Virus record (IMG/VR): IMGVR_UViG_3300044691_000566 | Span: 32,001-96,000 of that record | Length of the DNA stretch: 64,000 nt | Source of the DNA: a virus | Direction: 5' to 3' (one strand) | Shown here: one piece after another, positions 1 to 9,624 of the stretch | Numbering within the stretch: the first letter of the stretch is position 1 | How the letters are laid out: every line of letters starts with the position of its first letter | The notes under the pieces: model-generated | The model's input: the letters and a program-made list of their open reading frames with translations, nothing else | Told to the model about the DNA's origin: nothing | Database searches by the model: none | Translations under genes and position numbers: made by a program

Positions 1-11
1 TACCCCTGTGG

Positions 12-260
12 GTGACGGATATGCCGACTCTGGCGCCGGAGGACGCCCCCACGGTCATCCAGGCCGCATACCGGGTTCAGCCGCTGCCCGGTCTCCCCAA
101 TGCCCTCTTGGGGTTGCCGGAGGACCTCTCGCCGATCCTGGACCGCGACCCGCCGGAGCGTGCGCGGCCGTATGCCAAGGAGTTCCTCGCGCAGGACCCG
201 CAGGAGACGCAGCCCATGATGCTGCCCCCGCTGCCCGAGGACCACCCCTCGGCGTTGTAG
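12..260 (+). CDS. hypothetical protein (start uncertain, at window edge)
   Basis: ORF with phage-like codon usage. Confidence 0.45.
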   Translation: MTDMPTLAPEDAPTVIQAAYRVQPLPGLPNALLGLPEDLSPILDRDPPERARPYAKEFLAQDPQETQPMMLPPLPEDHPSAL

Positions 261-311
261 TACACCTCTGATACGATCATCACCCCCGCCAGAGATCCCG
301 AGGAGTCGCCC

Positions 312-1160
312 ATGACCTCGATCCTGTTCCACTTCGACGACGGGGAGACCTGTCAGGTCTCCGGCCCCGAAAGAGCCCACTTCGCCATCCTGGCGGAGCA
401 GTTCTCCAAGGGGATCATCGGATTGGTGCCGACCTACTTCCCGTCGTCCAGGCTGCACGAGCACCTCGGCCCGTTCCTCAACCCGGAGAACAGGCTCGCC
501 CAGCAGACCCCGGGGACCCCGGAATGGGACTCCGTCCTCGGCGGCACGCTGAACACCATGGGCTTCCGGAACGGTCCTCCCCCCTTCGCCTGGAAGGGGA
601 AGGAGATCGGCACTCTATCCCTGATCTGCAACACCGTACTGGCCGCCGGGTCGGACCCCATGCGGCTCGCCGTGAAGATCCAGTTCACCTGCGAGCACCA
701 CGGCTACGTCATGGGCTTCCACCGTAAGTGGCTGGCCGACCTCATCGACGAGGGCATGGAGGAGGGCATCTACCGCAAGACCATGGGCTGGCCGGACCTG
801 GTCGCCAAGCTACGGTCGGGACGCTCCGGCCCCGTGGTGATGTCGTTCTCCGGTAGCGACCCTTTCCCGGACAGTGACATCGGGTCCTGGATGCCGCCAT
901 GGCCTGAGGGCGTTCCCCGGAACCGGGACGAGTTGACCGAGGAGCAGCAGAAGGAGCGGGGGAGCCGTTCGCAGGAGTGGTACGACCAGTCCTTCGACAA
1001 ACAGTGGGCCATCTCGGTCAGGGGCCTGAAGGCCCAGACGTGGAACAAGCCGATCGACCCCACCACGTTGCGGGCGTACCGCTTCACCCACGAGATCTCC
1101 CTGCTCGACCTGTACAACCAGGACTTCGAGCGGGTGGAGAAGGGCCTGGCGCAGCAATGA
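312..1160 (+). CDS. hypothetical protein
   Basis: 282-aa ORF with GAGGAG RBS. Confidence 0.8.
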   Translation: MTSILFHFDDGETCQVSGPERAHFAILAEQFSKGIIGLVPTYFPSSRLHEHLGPFLNPENRLAQQTPGTPEWDSVLGGTLNTMGFRNGPPPFAWKGKEIGTLSLICNTVLAAGSDPMRLAVKIQFTCEHHGYVMGFHRKWLADLIDEGMEEGIYRKTMGWPDLVAKLRSGRSGPVVMSFSGSDPFPDSDIGSWMPPWPEGVPRNRDELTEEQQKERGSRSQEWYDQSFDKQWAISVRGLKAQTWNKPIDPTTLRAYRFTHEISLLDLYNQDFERVEKGLAQQ

Positions 1161-1540
1161 GCGAGATCGCCGAGGAGTACCAGAAGTACCAGGTGAACGT
1201 GATGGCCTATTCCTTCCCGTACATCGACACGGAGTACGAGTACCGCGATCTCAGGGTGGAGCGCCGGGGACGGCTCAGTGAAGACCGCTGGGCCATCGTG
1301 GACATGGGGTCCTGCTACCAGCCCAGGGGCCGTCGCTGGGCGTACGAACGCAGCAACTCCGGCCGGACCGACAAGTTCATGAGGGCCAGCCGGATGCCCT
1401 TGGAGCAGGCCCTGCCGCTGGCCGAGCGGCTCGCCAAGAGCAAGGCCAAGTACTGGCAGGAGCGTCTTGCCCGCATGATCCTGCGCCAGGAGGCCCAGGA
1501 GGCCGCCAGAGCCGCCGAGAAAGCCCGGGAGGGCGCATGA
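1157..1540 (+). CDS. hypothetical protein
   Basis: ATGA overlaps with both neighbours. Confidence 0.75.
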   Translation: MSEIAEEYQKYQVNVMAYSFPYIDTEYEYRDLRVERRGRLSEDRWAIVDMGSCYQPRGRRWAYERSNSGRTDKFMRASRMPLEQALPLAERLAKSKAKYWQERLARMILRQEAQEAARAAEKAREGA

Positions 1541-2235
1541 GGACCATCTTGCAGGGCATCGTCGGATCGACCGCCTACGGGCTGCACACGCCCGCCTCGG
1601 ACATCGACCGCATGGGGGTGTTCGTCGTCCCCACGCCGGAAGTGGTCGGCCTGGGCCGACCGAGGGAATCGGTCGTCACCACCAAGCCGGACATCACCCA
1701 GCACGAGATCAAGAAGTTCCTCCGGCTCGTGCTCAACGGCAACCCCTCGGTCAACGAGCTGCTGTGGTTGGAGGACTACGAAGTCGTCAGCTACGAGTGG
1801 GGCGCCGGTCTGCTCGCGCTGCGCCAGTCCTTCCTGTCGGCCAGACGCGTCAGGGACGCCTACCTCGGGTATGCCACCCAGCAGTTCAGGGACCTGGAGC
1901 GGCGCGACGGCACGTTCGGGCCGGATCTGCGGAAGCGGACGGAGAAGCACGCCCGGCATCTGCGGCGGCTGGTGGACCAGGGCTATGACCTGTACACCAC
2001 GGGTACGCTCCTGATCCGGGTGCAGGACCCCGAGGCCGTCCACGAGTTCGGCCGCCAGGTGGCCGCTGAGGTCCAGCGCGAGGACCCCGACCAGCGCTTC
2101 CGTACGGCCACCGCGTTCATGGAGGAGGCCAAGACGCGGTTCGACCTCGCCACGACGGTGCTCCCCGAGCACCCGGACACCGACCGTGTCAACCGCTGGC
2201 TCGTCCAGCTCCGCAAGGCCCACTGGGAGATCTGA
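1537..2235 (+). CDS. Pol-beta superfamily nucleotidyltransferase, RlaP/YcgL-like
   Basis: GSTAYGLHTPASDID = GS...DxD motif; NGNPSVNELLW and KHARHLRRL are typical of the family. Confidence 0.85.
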   Translation: MRTILQGIVGSTAYGLHTPASDIDRMGVFVVPTPEVVGLGRPRESVVTTKPDITQHEIKKFLRLVLNGNPSVNELLWLEDYEVVSYEWGAGLLALRQSFLSARRVRDAYLGYATQQFRDLERRDGTFGPDLRKRTEKHARHLRRLVDQGYDLYTTGTLLIRVQDPEAVHEFGRQVAAEVQREDPDQRFRTATAFMEEAKTRFDLATTVLPEHPDTDRVNRWLVQLRKAHWEI

Positions 2236-2490
2236 ATGGAACGCTACAGTTTCCGGCTGGTGCTCGACCGACCGATGACGCAGGCGGATGAGGACACTTT
2301 TGATCATTCGCCTCACTTCACCGACGGCAAGGTATCCCTGCTGATGTCGGAGGCTGGGCAGCCCACCGTGCTCGAATGTGACGACGTCCTTGCCGTCAGC
2401 AAGAACGCAGCCATGACCGACGTGATCCGGCGTATTGGTCTGATCAACAACCTGCGGGTGACCGAATGTCTGCCTGCGGAGGAGATTTAA
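2236..2490 (+). CDS. hypothetical protein
   Basis: ORF abutting both neighbours. Confidence 0.6.
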   Translation: MERYSFRLVLDRPMTQADEDTFDHSPHFTDGKVSLLMSEAGQPTVLECDDVLAVSKNAAMTDVIRRIGLINNLRVTECLPAEEI

Positions 2491-2739
2491 GTGCCCGAGC
2501 GTCCGACGGCCAGCACCATAACCGACGACCAGTTGGACGCTCTGTGGGACTGCCTGGACCAGGTCGATGCCCTCCACCGCGAGGCGCCCCTGTACAGCGA
2601 CCTGGGACCGCCGGACCCCTCCGGTTACTGCGTCTGCGGCGAATCGGGCCCCTGCACCACCATGAAGATCATTTCCCGCCAGAGATCGATAGCCCTGGAG
2701 TCCCCATACCTACCGGAGACCGCAGACCGAGAAGACTGA
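2491..2739 (+). CDS. hypothetical protein with CxxC...PCxT motif
   Basis: GGAG RBS, GTG start. Confidence 0.6.
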   Translation: MPERPTASTITDDQLDALWDCLDQVDALHREAPLYSDLGPPDPSGYCVCGESGPCTTMKIISRQRSIALESPYLPETADRED

Positions 2740-3038
2740 CCGACCTGGAGATCAAAGTCCTGCGTGCCCTGCGCCAGTACCACGTGAACAGGTTCGGCGC
2801 CGGGGCGGTGAACGACCGCTACCTGGCCTCCCTGGCCCAGGTGGCGGTCGACACCCTGACCACCGGCTCGTTCAACGACCGCCGCCGGGTCACCGACCGG
2901 ATACAGCACTACGCCGACCCCGGCTGCACCCCGGACAGCCTCCGCAAGCTCGCCCGACACATCGAGGGCTCGTTCCATACGATGCCCAACGGCTGGGTGA
3001 GCGCCGATCCCCAGAAAGGACGGATCGCCGATGAGTGA
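2736..3038 (+). CDS. hypothetical protein, possible CTG start
   Basis: Coding-like frame beginning at a CTGA overlap with the upstream stop. Confidence 0.45.
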   Translation: MTDLEIKVLRALRQYHVNRFGAGAVNDRYLASLAQVAVDTLTTGSFNDRRRVTDRIQHYADPGCTPDSLRKLARHIEGSFHTMPNGWVSADPQKGRIADE

Positions 3039-3585
3039 GCCGCCGACCCCGAAGAAGCCGATCACCTGGCCTGAGGTCCCCTGCGACGGGGAGTCGATGA
3101 GCCGGATGACCAGGGAGATGTTCGACAAGCGCGGCGGTCTGTACCCGGTCGTTCAGGAGAATCGCGAGGATCGCTGGCGGACCCTGGTGCTGGCCTACGA
3201 GGCCAACCCCGACTTCTACAATGCCTGGCGCTGGATCAACGAGCACCCGTTGTTCTACCGGTTCAACCGCGAGATCCACGAGCGCGGCCTCATGGAGAAC
3301 CGGGCCGTCGTGGACGGCGGCATGGGCGGCATCGAGATCATTCCCGTCATGGTCAACCCGGCCGATGACACACATTCTCAGGACCCCCGGCTGAACACCA
3401 AGCTGGCGTTCTGGGTGGAGGTCTTCCCCAGGGCCTGGGAGATCGAGCCTGCCAAATCCCTGCACGCGTACGAGCAGGACACCGGGGGCGACACGTACGA
3501 GGAGGCCATCGTCAACGTCGCGGCCGGGATCTACGAGTACTACGGCAATGACCGGGCCCGCCTGGACGAGGAGTGGAAGCAGTGA
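3031..3585 (+). CDS. hypothetical protein
   Basis: 184-aa ORF, overlap coupling. Confidence 0.8.
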   Translation: MSEPPTPKKPITWPEVPCDGESMSRMTREMFDKRGGLYPVVQENREDRWRTLVLAYEANPDFYNAWRWINEHPLFYRFNREIHERGLMENRAVVDGGMGGIEIIPVMVNPADDTHSQDPRLNTKLAFWVEVFPRAWEIEPAKSLHAYEQDTGGDTYEEAIVNVAAGIYEYYGNDRARLDEEWKQ

Positions 3586-3766
3586 ACGTGTCCCTGGACG
3601 ATTTCCAGCCCGTCGAGCCCCTGGTGGGCAAGACCCTGGTCCTGGAGACCACCAGGACCTATCCCTGCGGGAGTGGCCTGGGGACCATGCCGAAGCGGTC
3701 TATCACCCGCAGGGGCACACGGTGACCGAGACCGTGGAGTACAAGGTCGTCGAGGTGAAGCCGTGA
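3582..3766 (+). pseudogene. small ORF with apparent frameshift near 3662
   Basis: MNVSLDDFQPVEPLVGKTLVLETTRTY continues with coding-like sequence in another frame (LREWPGDHAEAVYHPQGHTVTETVEYKVVEVKP). Confidence 0.4.
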
Positions 3767-4059
3767 TGCACCGCAGGCCCCACGAGATCGAGCTGACCCT
3801 GCCGTACGGCGTGCTGGTGAGCGCCCTGTCCCAGTTGGAGAAGATGGAGCTTCTCGGCTTGATCGAGGACGTGGAGGATCAGATCTGCGACTGGGACCTG
3901 ATCGTGCGGCTCAAGAAATGGGTCGACCGGCGGCACAGGCAACTGGCCAAGGAGCGGGCCGAAGAGGAGTCCCGGCGGACGCGCTGCTGTGTCCAGTCGA
4001 CCGAGTATTCCGACCTCAGGGTTCACGCCAGCCCGCACGTGAATTGCATCCTGCGGTGA
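3766..4059 (+). CDS. hypothetical protein
   Basis: TGATG overlap, GAGGTG RBS. Confidence 0.7.
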   Translation: MHRRPHEIELTLPYGVLVSALSQLEKMELLGLIEDVEDQICDWDLIVRLKKWVDRRHRQLAKERAEEESRRTRCCVQSTEYSDLRVHASPHVNCILR

Positions 4060-4271
4060 AGATACCCATCGAGAAGCACCTCATCGCCCGGTTCACCCAG
4101 CCGATCGAGACCCTGGAGTGGCTGCGGCAGCGGGGATACCGAGGGGTGGCCACGCTCGTGCCGGGGATCTCGGGCGGAGGGCTGATATTCAGCAAGAAGA
4201 ACGAACCGGCCTACCTGGCCAATGTGGGGGACACATTGATATGGGACGGCGAGAAGGTCGTCATCCAGTAG
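4056..4271 (+). CDS. hypothetical protein
   Basis: GTGA overlap. Confidence 0.65.
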   Translation: MKIPIEKHLIARFTQPIETLEWLRQRGYRGVATLVPGISGGGLIFSKKNEPAYLANVGDTLIWDGEKVVIQ

Positions 4272-4283
4272 TCGAGGAGCACA

Positions 4284-4823
4284 GTGTCGTCGAGCAATCT
4301 CAGTTTCCGTACCCCTGCCGAACTGATGGGCAAGTTCCGGATCCGGGACATCAAGGGCGTGAAAAACCCGGGCGCCATCGCCAAGCGGGACGTCGAGCGC
4401 TGGTACTCGATGCTGGACGCGTGCCGGAAGCAAGTGCGGCTCCAACCCGCCGAGGCCGTGGTGATGATCTATGCCGCCAACTGGTGGCTCAGCGCCATGA
4501 GCGGGGAGTCGCTCTTGGCGCTGCCCCAGCAGTTGCGCCGGGATCTGAGGATGGACCCCTTCTACCGCGACGCCCAGGACTCGCTGGGCGAGCTGGTCAC
4601 GGAGTGGCCCCTGGGGACGCGTGCGGCCATATGGGACGCCGCTGAGCGCTACGACGTCCTGGCCCACCACCACCCCGACACCACCTTCGGGGCCGCCCTG
4701 CACCAGGTGGGCCTGCACTCCTACAGGCTGGCGCCCGAGGAGCTGGCCGTGGTGGAGACCCTCTCCGCCGTAGAGGCCGACAATTTGCCTGCCGCCTATA
4801 TGCAGGCCGTAAACGAAAGGTGA
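4284..4823 (+). CDS. hypothetical protein
   Basis: GAGGAG RBS, 179 aa. Confidence 0.8.
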   Translation: MSSSNLSFRTPAELMGKFRIRDIKGVKNPGAIAKRDVERWYSMLDACRKQVRLQPAEAVVMIYAANWWLSAMSGESLLALPQQLRRDLRMDPFYRDAQDSLGELVTEWPLGTRAAIWDAAERYDVLAHHHPDTTFGAALHQVGLHSYRLAPEELAVVETLSAVEADNLPAAYMQAVNER

Positions 4824-4829
4824 TCCACC

Positions 4830-5573
4830 ATGGCGTTTGAAACAGAGGTCTACGACCAGTTGCACGGGGAGGGCTATCCGGAGTACAAAGACCATCTTCG
4901 GTCCCTTTACCAAGGTTACGGCGGACGGGAGCAGCGCCTGAGCACCTATGTCTCATCCACCTCCTCCCCCGTCACGAAGCAGTATTACTTCCAGCTTGCC
5001 CTCATGGGCTACCCGGCGAACGCCCAGCAGATTTCTATGGATCTGGAGATCCCGGCAGACCGCGTTATGGACAACGTGCTGGTACGTATCTATCGGGAGG
5101 TGCAGGAGCAGTTCACCTTCAGACTGAGCCCGTACGGGCCGCAGACGATTGAGCACGTGGTCCACTATGAGGTGCTGGTGAGGCTTAGGCAGCGCCTGCT
5201 GGGTGCGGTGAGAGTATCTGTACCCGAGGAGTACGAGGGGGTCGCCGAGGGGAACTTCTCCATGGCGAGCTGCAACAACCTCATCTTCAAGAGGTACCTC
5301 CAGGGCGTCCTGGAGAAGAACACCATGATCGTGGTCTCGCCCGCCCGGCCGGATGAGGCATTGCTGCGCATGGGAGGGCCGTGGACGTTCGGTGCCGACC
5401 CTTCTCGTGCCGACGGCTACGTTTCGAAGCTCATCGGGCGCGCTCCGTCCGAGAAGGGTTCGCAGCTCCAGGACGTGGCCCAGCGCAGCCCGCTGAGCGC
5501 CCAGGACGTGGCGACCAGGAGGCCGACTGCCGCCCGAGAGGTCTTCGAGGGTGCCACGGAGCTGGACCTGTGA
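4830..5573 (+). CDS. hypothetical protein
   Basis: AAGGTG RBS, 247 aa. Confidence 0.75.
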   Translation: MAFETEVYDQLHGEGYPEYKDHLRSLYQGYGGREQRLSTYVSSTSSPVTKQYYFQLALMGYPANAQQISMDLEIPADRVMDNVLVRIYREVQEQFTFRLSPYGPQTIEHVVHYEVLVRLRQRLLGAVRVSVPEEYEGVAEGNFSMASCNNLIFKRYLQGVLEKNTMIVVSPARPDEALLRMGGPWTFGADPSRADGYVSKLIGRAPSEKGSQLQDVAQRSPLSAQDVATRRPTAAREVFEGATELDL

Positions 5574-5755
5574 GCGAAGAGCTGGAGGGCTTCTTCGACC
5601 TGGAGGACGACGACGTCCCGATCCGCTGGTTCGACGCGGCGTACGAGTCGGAGTGCCCCGGCTGCGGGGCGACGATCTTCCCCGGGGATCGGGCCGGGTA
5701 CGTCGGCCACGACGACCAGGCCAGTTGTGCGGGGTGCTGTCTCCAGGCGTCGTAG
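5570..5755 (+). CDS. small Zn-ribbon protein
   Basis: CPGC...I.PGD...CAGC. Confidence 0.65.
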   Translation: MSEELEGFFDLEDDDVPIRWFDAAYESECPGCGATIFPGDRAGYVGHDDQASCAGCCLQAS

Positions 5756-5793
5756 CTGGCGTACAGTGCTGTCGAGAGTTGGACGAGGAAGAG

Positions 5794-5819
5794 GCCCCAG
5801 GATTTTAAAATCCTGGGGC
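5794..5819. terminator. perfect 26-bp palindrome (hairpin) with GATTTTAAAATC core
   Basis: GCCCCAGGATTTTAAAATCCTGGGGC is its own reverse complement. Confidence 0.75.
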
Positions 5820-5827
5820 TTCCCGTC

Positions 5828-5857
5828 TTACCGCTCCAAGGATCCTTGGTGTAGAGT
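5828..5857 (+). promoter_or_regulatory. early promoter, repeated family (variant)
   Basis: TTACCG-CTCCAAGGATCCTTGGTG-TAGAGT. Confidence 0.7.
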
Positions 5858-5897
5858 CGAGATGTCCCGCCAGCGACACCGACTCCACGGAGGCACC

Positions 5898-6197
5898 ATG
5901 AAGCACCAGGTCGCCCGATACGAGGCCCACCGTCCCGCAGGGATGGAGACGAACGACTTCATACTCCTCTTGATGAGCCCCGAAGAGCGCGAGATCTACA
6001 CCGAAGCCATGGTCCGCGCCGGTACCAGCGGCCCCATCCTGGTCAACGGCAAGATCGTCCTCATCTCCGGAGTCCGCATGGACGAGATCTTCCGGGTGGC
6101 CAAGGACAAGGGCGGGCGCCCTTGCTATGAGGACGAGGAGACCGGCTACGTCCACGTGGGCCACTTCGTCTTCGTTCCGGCCCCTGAGGAGAGCTGA
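5898..6197 (+). CDS. hypothetical protein
   Basis: GGAGG RBS; C-terminal PCY.DE.TG.V..G.F.FVP motif shared with the next gene. Confidence 0.75.
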   Translation: MKHQVARYEAHRPAGMETNDFILLLMSPEEREIYTEAMVRAGTSGPILVNGKIVLISGVRMDEIFRVAKDKGGRPCYEDEETGYVHVGHFVFVPAPEES

Positions 6198-6487
6198 TGC
6201 GCTTCCAGCACGTCGTCTACGAGATACACAGGCCCGTCCACCGGCAGATGCCCCAGGCCATGGACGAACTGAGCCCTTACCAGGCCAAACTCTATGTGCA
6301 GGCCAAGGACCGTGCGGTGACGGGCGGTCCGCTCATGGTGGACGGCCGAGTGGCCACGGTGATGCAGGGGGACCTGGACCGCATCATGCGCGGCGTGTTC
6401 CGGAGTCATATCCAGCCGTGCTGGAAGGACGAGGCCACGGGCCACGTCTACGCGGGGGCCTTCATCTACGTACCGCGAAGGGGTTGA
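6197..6487 (+). CDS. hypothetical protein, paralogue of upstream gene
   Basis: PCWKDEATGHVYAGAFIYVP vs PCYEDEETGYVHVGHFVFVP. Confidence 0.75.
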   Translation: MRFQHVVYEIHRPVHRQMPQAMDELSPYQAKLYVQAKDRAVTGGPLMVDGRVATVMQGDLDRIMRGVFRSHIQPCWKDEATGHVYAGAFIYVPRRG

Positions 6488-6525
6488 CTCTCCAACAATC
6501 CTTGGAGTAATGTTGACCACGTCAA
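6484..6525 (+). promoter_or_regulatory. early promoter with palindromic spacer and TTGAC-N3-GTCAA box
   Basis: TTGACT-CTCCAACAATCCTTGGAG-TAATGT, then TGACCACGTCAA. Confidence 0.85.
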
Positions 6526-6553
6526 GGCGACACCGACTCCCCTGGAGGGTCAC

Positions 6554-7474
6554 ATGACCGAAGCCAAGAAGATCTCCGCCCCCGTCATCTCCCGCATCCT
6601 CAACAACGCGGGCCTCAAGAGGGCCCTCACCGGGACGAACTCCTGGAGCAGAGGCTTCGCGGTCACCGACTTCGGCCGCTACGTGAAGGTCGCCTACACC
6701 GCCGTCAACACGGAGCAGGCGGTCGAGATCCTCGGCGAGATCGCTGAAATCATCAACAACCGGGCCGACAAGAAGTACTTCGCCACGCTGGTCCGCGAGA
6801 CCTACGGCTTCGAAGTCCAGGTCGTCGCCCACGACGAGACGGACCCCGAGCAGAACGAGGCCCGCAGGGCCATCGAGCTGGAGAAGCTGGCCGCCCTCCA
6901 CCCGGCCGCGCCGGAGATCAAGGACGTCCGCAAGGCGCTCCTCGGCTACGGCGGCAGCGAGTTCGTGCCGAACCAGGTCTCGGGCTTCCACATCGAGCGC
7001 AAGTCCGACGACACCCGGCTGGTGCGCGTCACCTGGCGCGAGACCTCCTTCACCTCCTACGGGAAGAACAACACCCCGGAGGAGAAGGAGAGCATCATCC
7101 ACGACACCCTGGAGAACTTCGGTCACCGGCTGGTGAAGGCGGGCTTCGACGTTCAGGTGGACTACGACGACGACTGGTGCCTGATCGTGGGCATGCCGGG
7201 GGAGTTCACCCCGGTCGAGGAGGAGACCCCGGAGGAGGTCCGCGAGGCCCTGCTGAAGCTGCGGGAGGCCGTGGAGGACGACGACTCGCTCTACAGCACC
7301 CGCCGGGCCGGGGACTACTCGGTCTTCGTCCGCAGGGGCATCCAGCGCCTGGAGGTCTTCTACGGCCAGGGCGAGTACCGCTCCAAGGGGTTTCTGGGCC
7401 GGGGGGAGACCGTCCGCTTCACCAAGCTGGACGCGAAGCTCCTGAACTTCATCCGGGACGAACTGATCGGCTGA
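6554..7474 (+). CDS. hypothetical protein
   Basis: 306 aa, GGAGG RBS. Confidence 0.85.
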   Translation: MTEAKKISAPVISRILNNAGLKRALTGTNSWSRGFAVTDFGRYVKVAYTAVNTEQAVEILGEIAEIINNRADKKYFATLVRETYGFEVQVVAHDETDPEQNEARRAIELEKLAALHPAAPEIKDVRKALLGYGGSEFVPNQVSGFHIERKSDDTRLVRVTWRETSFTSYGKNNTPEEKESIIHDTLENFGHRLVKAGFDVQVDYDDDWCLIVGMPGEFTPVEEETPEEVREALLKLREAVEDDDSLYSTRRAGDYSVFVRRGIQRLEVFYGQGEYRSKGFLGRGETVRFTKLDAKLLNFIRDELIG

Positions 7475-7487
7475 CCCGAACCATTTC

Positions 7488-7546
7488 GGCCGCCCTCTTC
7501 GGAGGGCGGCCCTGGGGTTGCACTCCAACAATCCTTGTAGTAATGT
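7488..7546 (+). promoter_or_regulatory. UUCG hairpin followed by early promoter
   Basis: GGCCGCCCTC-TTCG-GAGGGCGGCC; GTTGCA-CTCCAACAATCCTTGTAG-TAATGT. Confidence 0.8.
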
Positions 7547-7585
7547 CTTCTTTGTCAGCAGGAATCGACTCCCCAGGAGGCCACT

Positions 7586-8626
7586 ATGGCGCTCTCCCCG
7601 CAGGCCCGCAGCGAAGCCGTCTCCCTGATGTCCAGCGAGAGCAACTTCGAGCGCAGCGGCATCTCCGGCCAGCGAGCCAGCAAGTCCTCGCTTCCCCCTC
7701 GTCAGGGCGAGCTGCCCGAGGACGTCTATCGCGACCTGGTGGAGACCATCAGCCGGGACGACGTGTCCTACGTGATCTTCTCCTACCAGACCCCGATCGC
7801 CTGGGTGCACCGCAACGGCGCCGTGACGATGCCGGAGATCGGGTACTCCGCGACCACGAGCCAGCACCGGAAGATGGTCCGCGAGGCGTTCCCCGACCTG
7901 GTGAACGTGCGCGACATGCTGGCGGAGAGCCGGGCCGCCGCGTCGGTCACGGCCCCCTCGGCCAGCCAGTACGCCGAGCTGGGTGAGGACGACCTGATCG
8001 AGCTGGCCTCGGGGCTGGGTTCGCGGCTGAGCGAGATTCGTAGCGAGATGATCCGCCAGGACACCACGCTGGAACTGGTAGCCGTGGTCGAGGCCCTGAA
8101 GGCCCGGCGTGACGCCACCGCCAAGGCCCGGCACCGGATCGGCGAGTACCTGCGCCACCAGGGCCTCCTGGAGGCCAAGTACCAGGCGGCCCAGGCCAGT
8201 ACCTCGGACCACGCCAAGCGCACGGACAAGCAGCCCGATGAGGTTGTGAGCGAGGTCCGGGCCGATGAGTACACGGTTGCGGCCAAGCTCCTGCTGAGCG
8301 ACCTGAACCGCGTGGTGGGCCTGACCGTCCGCGACTCCAAGGCGGAGTTCTACGCTGAGCAGGAGGCCCGGCTGGCGCACTACCTGGAGCACCAGGGCAC
8401 CAAGCTGCCGGAGAAGCAGCGGGTGCTGCTGGCGTGCATCGCCAAGGGACACATCACCGCGTACAGCACCGAAGGCTACCGCCAGGCCTACGACACGAAG
8501 TGCGACACCTGCCAGCGCCCCGACGGCCGCACCGTGGGCGCCTTGGAGCGGAAGGGCTTCCTGGGGTCTCGCAGGGGTCTGGGCTGGAACTCCGGCTCCA
8601 CGCTGTGCCTGAAGAAGCCCAGTTGA
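7586..8626 (+). CDS. hypothetical protein with conserved actinophage N-terminal domain
   Basis: YVIFSYQTPIAW...YSATTSQH motif; GGAGG RBS. Confidence 0.8.
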   Translation: MALSPQARSEAVSLMSSESNFERSGISGQRASKSSLPPRQGELPEDVYRDLVETISRDDVSYVIFSYQTPIAWVHRNGAVTMPEIGYSATTSQHRKMVREAFPDLVNVRDMLAESRAAASVTAPSASQYAELGEDDLIELASGLGSRLSEIRSEMIRQDTTLELVAVVEALKARRDATAKARHRIGEYLRHQGLLEAKYQAAQASTSDHAKRTDKQPDEVVSEVRADEYTVAAKLLLSDLNRVVGLTVRDSKAEFYAEQEARLAHYLEHQGTKLPEKQRVLLACIAKGHITAYSTEGYRQAYDTKCDTCQRPDGRTVGALERKGFLGSRRGLGWNSGSTLCLKKPS

Positions 8627-8791
8627 TAATCCCCGACCGGCTGGCGGAGATCCAGGAGGATCTCCGCCGGTTAGCCGTCGATCCGACCAGCGAGGGCATT
8701 CAGCAGGTCCTGGAGGACTGGGACGAGCGCCAGCAGATGTACGACAACACCACAACCGGCTGGAGCCGGGCCTCAAGCCAAGGAGACACCC

Positions 8792-9175
8792 ATGCAGGAT
8801 GAGCTGGACCAGACCCCCGAGTCGGCATTCAAGGTCGAGGTCAATGCCGAGGGGTTCGTGGAGGTGACGATGCCCCGCGATGTGTTTTTCGCCGGGGAGT
8901 CGCTTCCCGGGGACAACACGGTCCGGCTGTTCCTCAATGAGAAGCAGGCGAAGGAGCTGTCCCGCGCGCAGTCGGACTACTTCCTGACCACCGTGGTGGA
9001 GGCGGCCGAGAAGGCCGTCAGGAACCTCCCCAAGGACAGCGTGCGCCGGGATCTGGGCCGCGCCGGGATCAAGCTCCTGCGGCGCTTCCACGAGGGTTTC
9101 ACGGACCGGGCGAAGATGGCCGAGCACCTGGGGCACGCCCAGGAGGTCTTCGACAAGCACGTCCCGAAGAGCTGA
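8792..9175 (+). CDS. hypothetical protein
   Basis: AGGAG RBS. Confidence 0.75.
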   Translation: MQDELDQTPESAFKVEVNAEGFVEVTMPRDVFFAGESLPGDNTVRLFLNEKQAKELSRAQSDYFLTTVVEAAEKAVRNLPKDSVRRDLGRAGIKLLRRFHEGFTDRAKMAEHLGHAQEVFDKHVPKS

Positions 9176-9190
9176 CTCCGTCATGAGCGT

Positions 9191-9284
9191 GTGAGGCTCC
9201 GCAGATCCACGGCGGGGCCTCACGACTTTTTAAAATCCCCCCTTGACGCTCCAACAATCCTGGGTGTAGAGTTGACTTTGTCAA
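9191..9284 (+). promoter_or_regulatory. hairpin + TTTTAAAATC + early promoter + box
   Basis: TTGACG(9243)-CTCCAACAATCCTGGGTG-TAGAGT-TGACTTTGTCAA. Confidence 0.85.
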
Positions 9285-9309
9285 GACGACGACTCCTCGG
9301 GAGGCCCAC

Positions 9310-9624
9310 ATGGCCGCTACTGCCACCGCGAACGTGATCAGCCGGTTCCTCGGCAAGCAGGGCTTCAAGCGCAGCGCGTACTCCACCACCCGCGTGCGGG
9401 GTTGGGGCCGCTGGAGCGAGGGCTACGAGGTCAGGACCATCAACGACCAGGTCCGGGTGGAGTGGAACCTGTCGAGCAGCCACCGGTTCGGCAACGAGAA
9501 TCCGACCGAGGCCAAGTTGGACGCCATGGAGAAGGCCCTCAACGAGCGCTACACGGTCACCCGCGACAAGGTCGGCATCTCGGACCGCGTGGTCCTGATC
9601 GTCACCCCGAAGGAGGCGCTGTGA
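9310..9624 (+). CDS. hypothetical protein
   Basis: GGAGG RBS after promoter. Confidence 0.8.
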   Translation: MAATATANVISRFLGKQGFKRSAYSTTRVRGWGRWSEGYEVRTINDQVRVEWNLSSSHRFGNENPTEAKLDAMEKALNERYTVTRDKVGISDRVVLIVTPKEAL

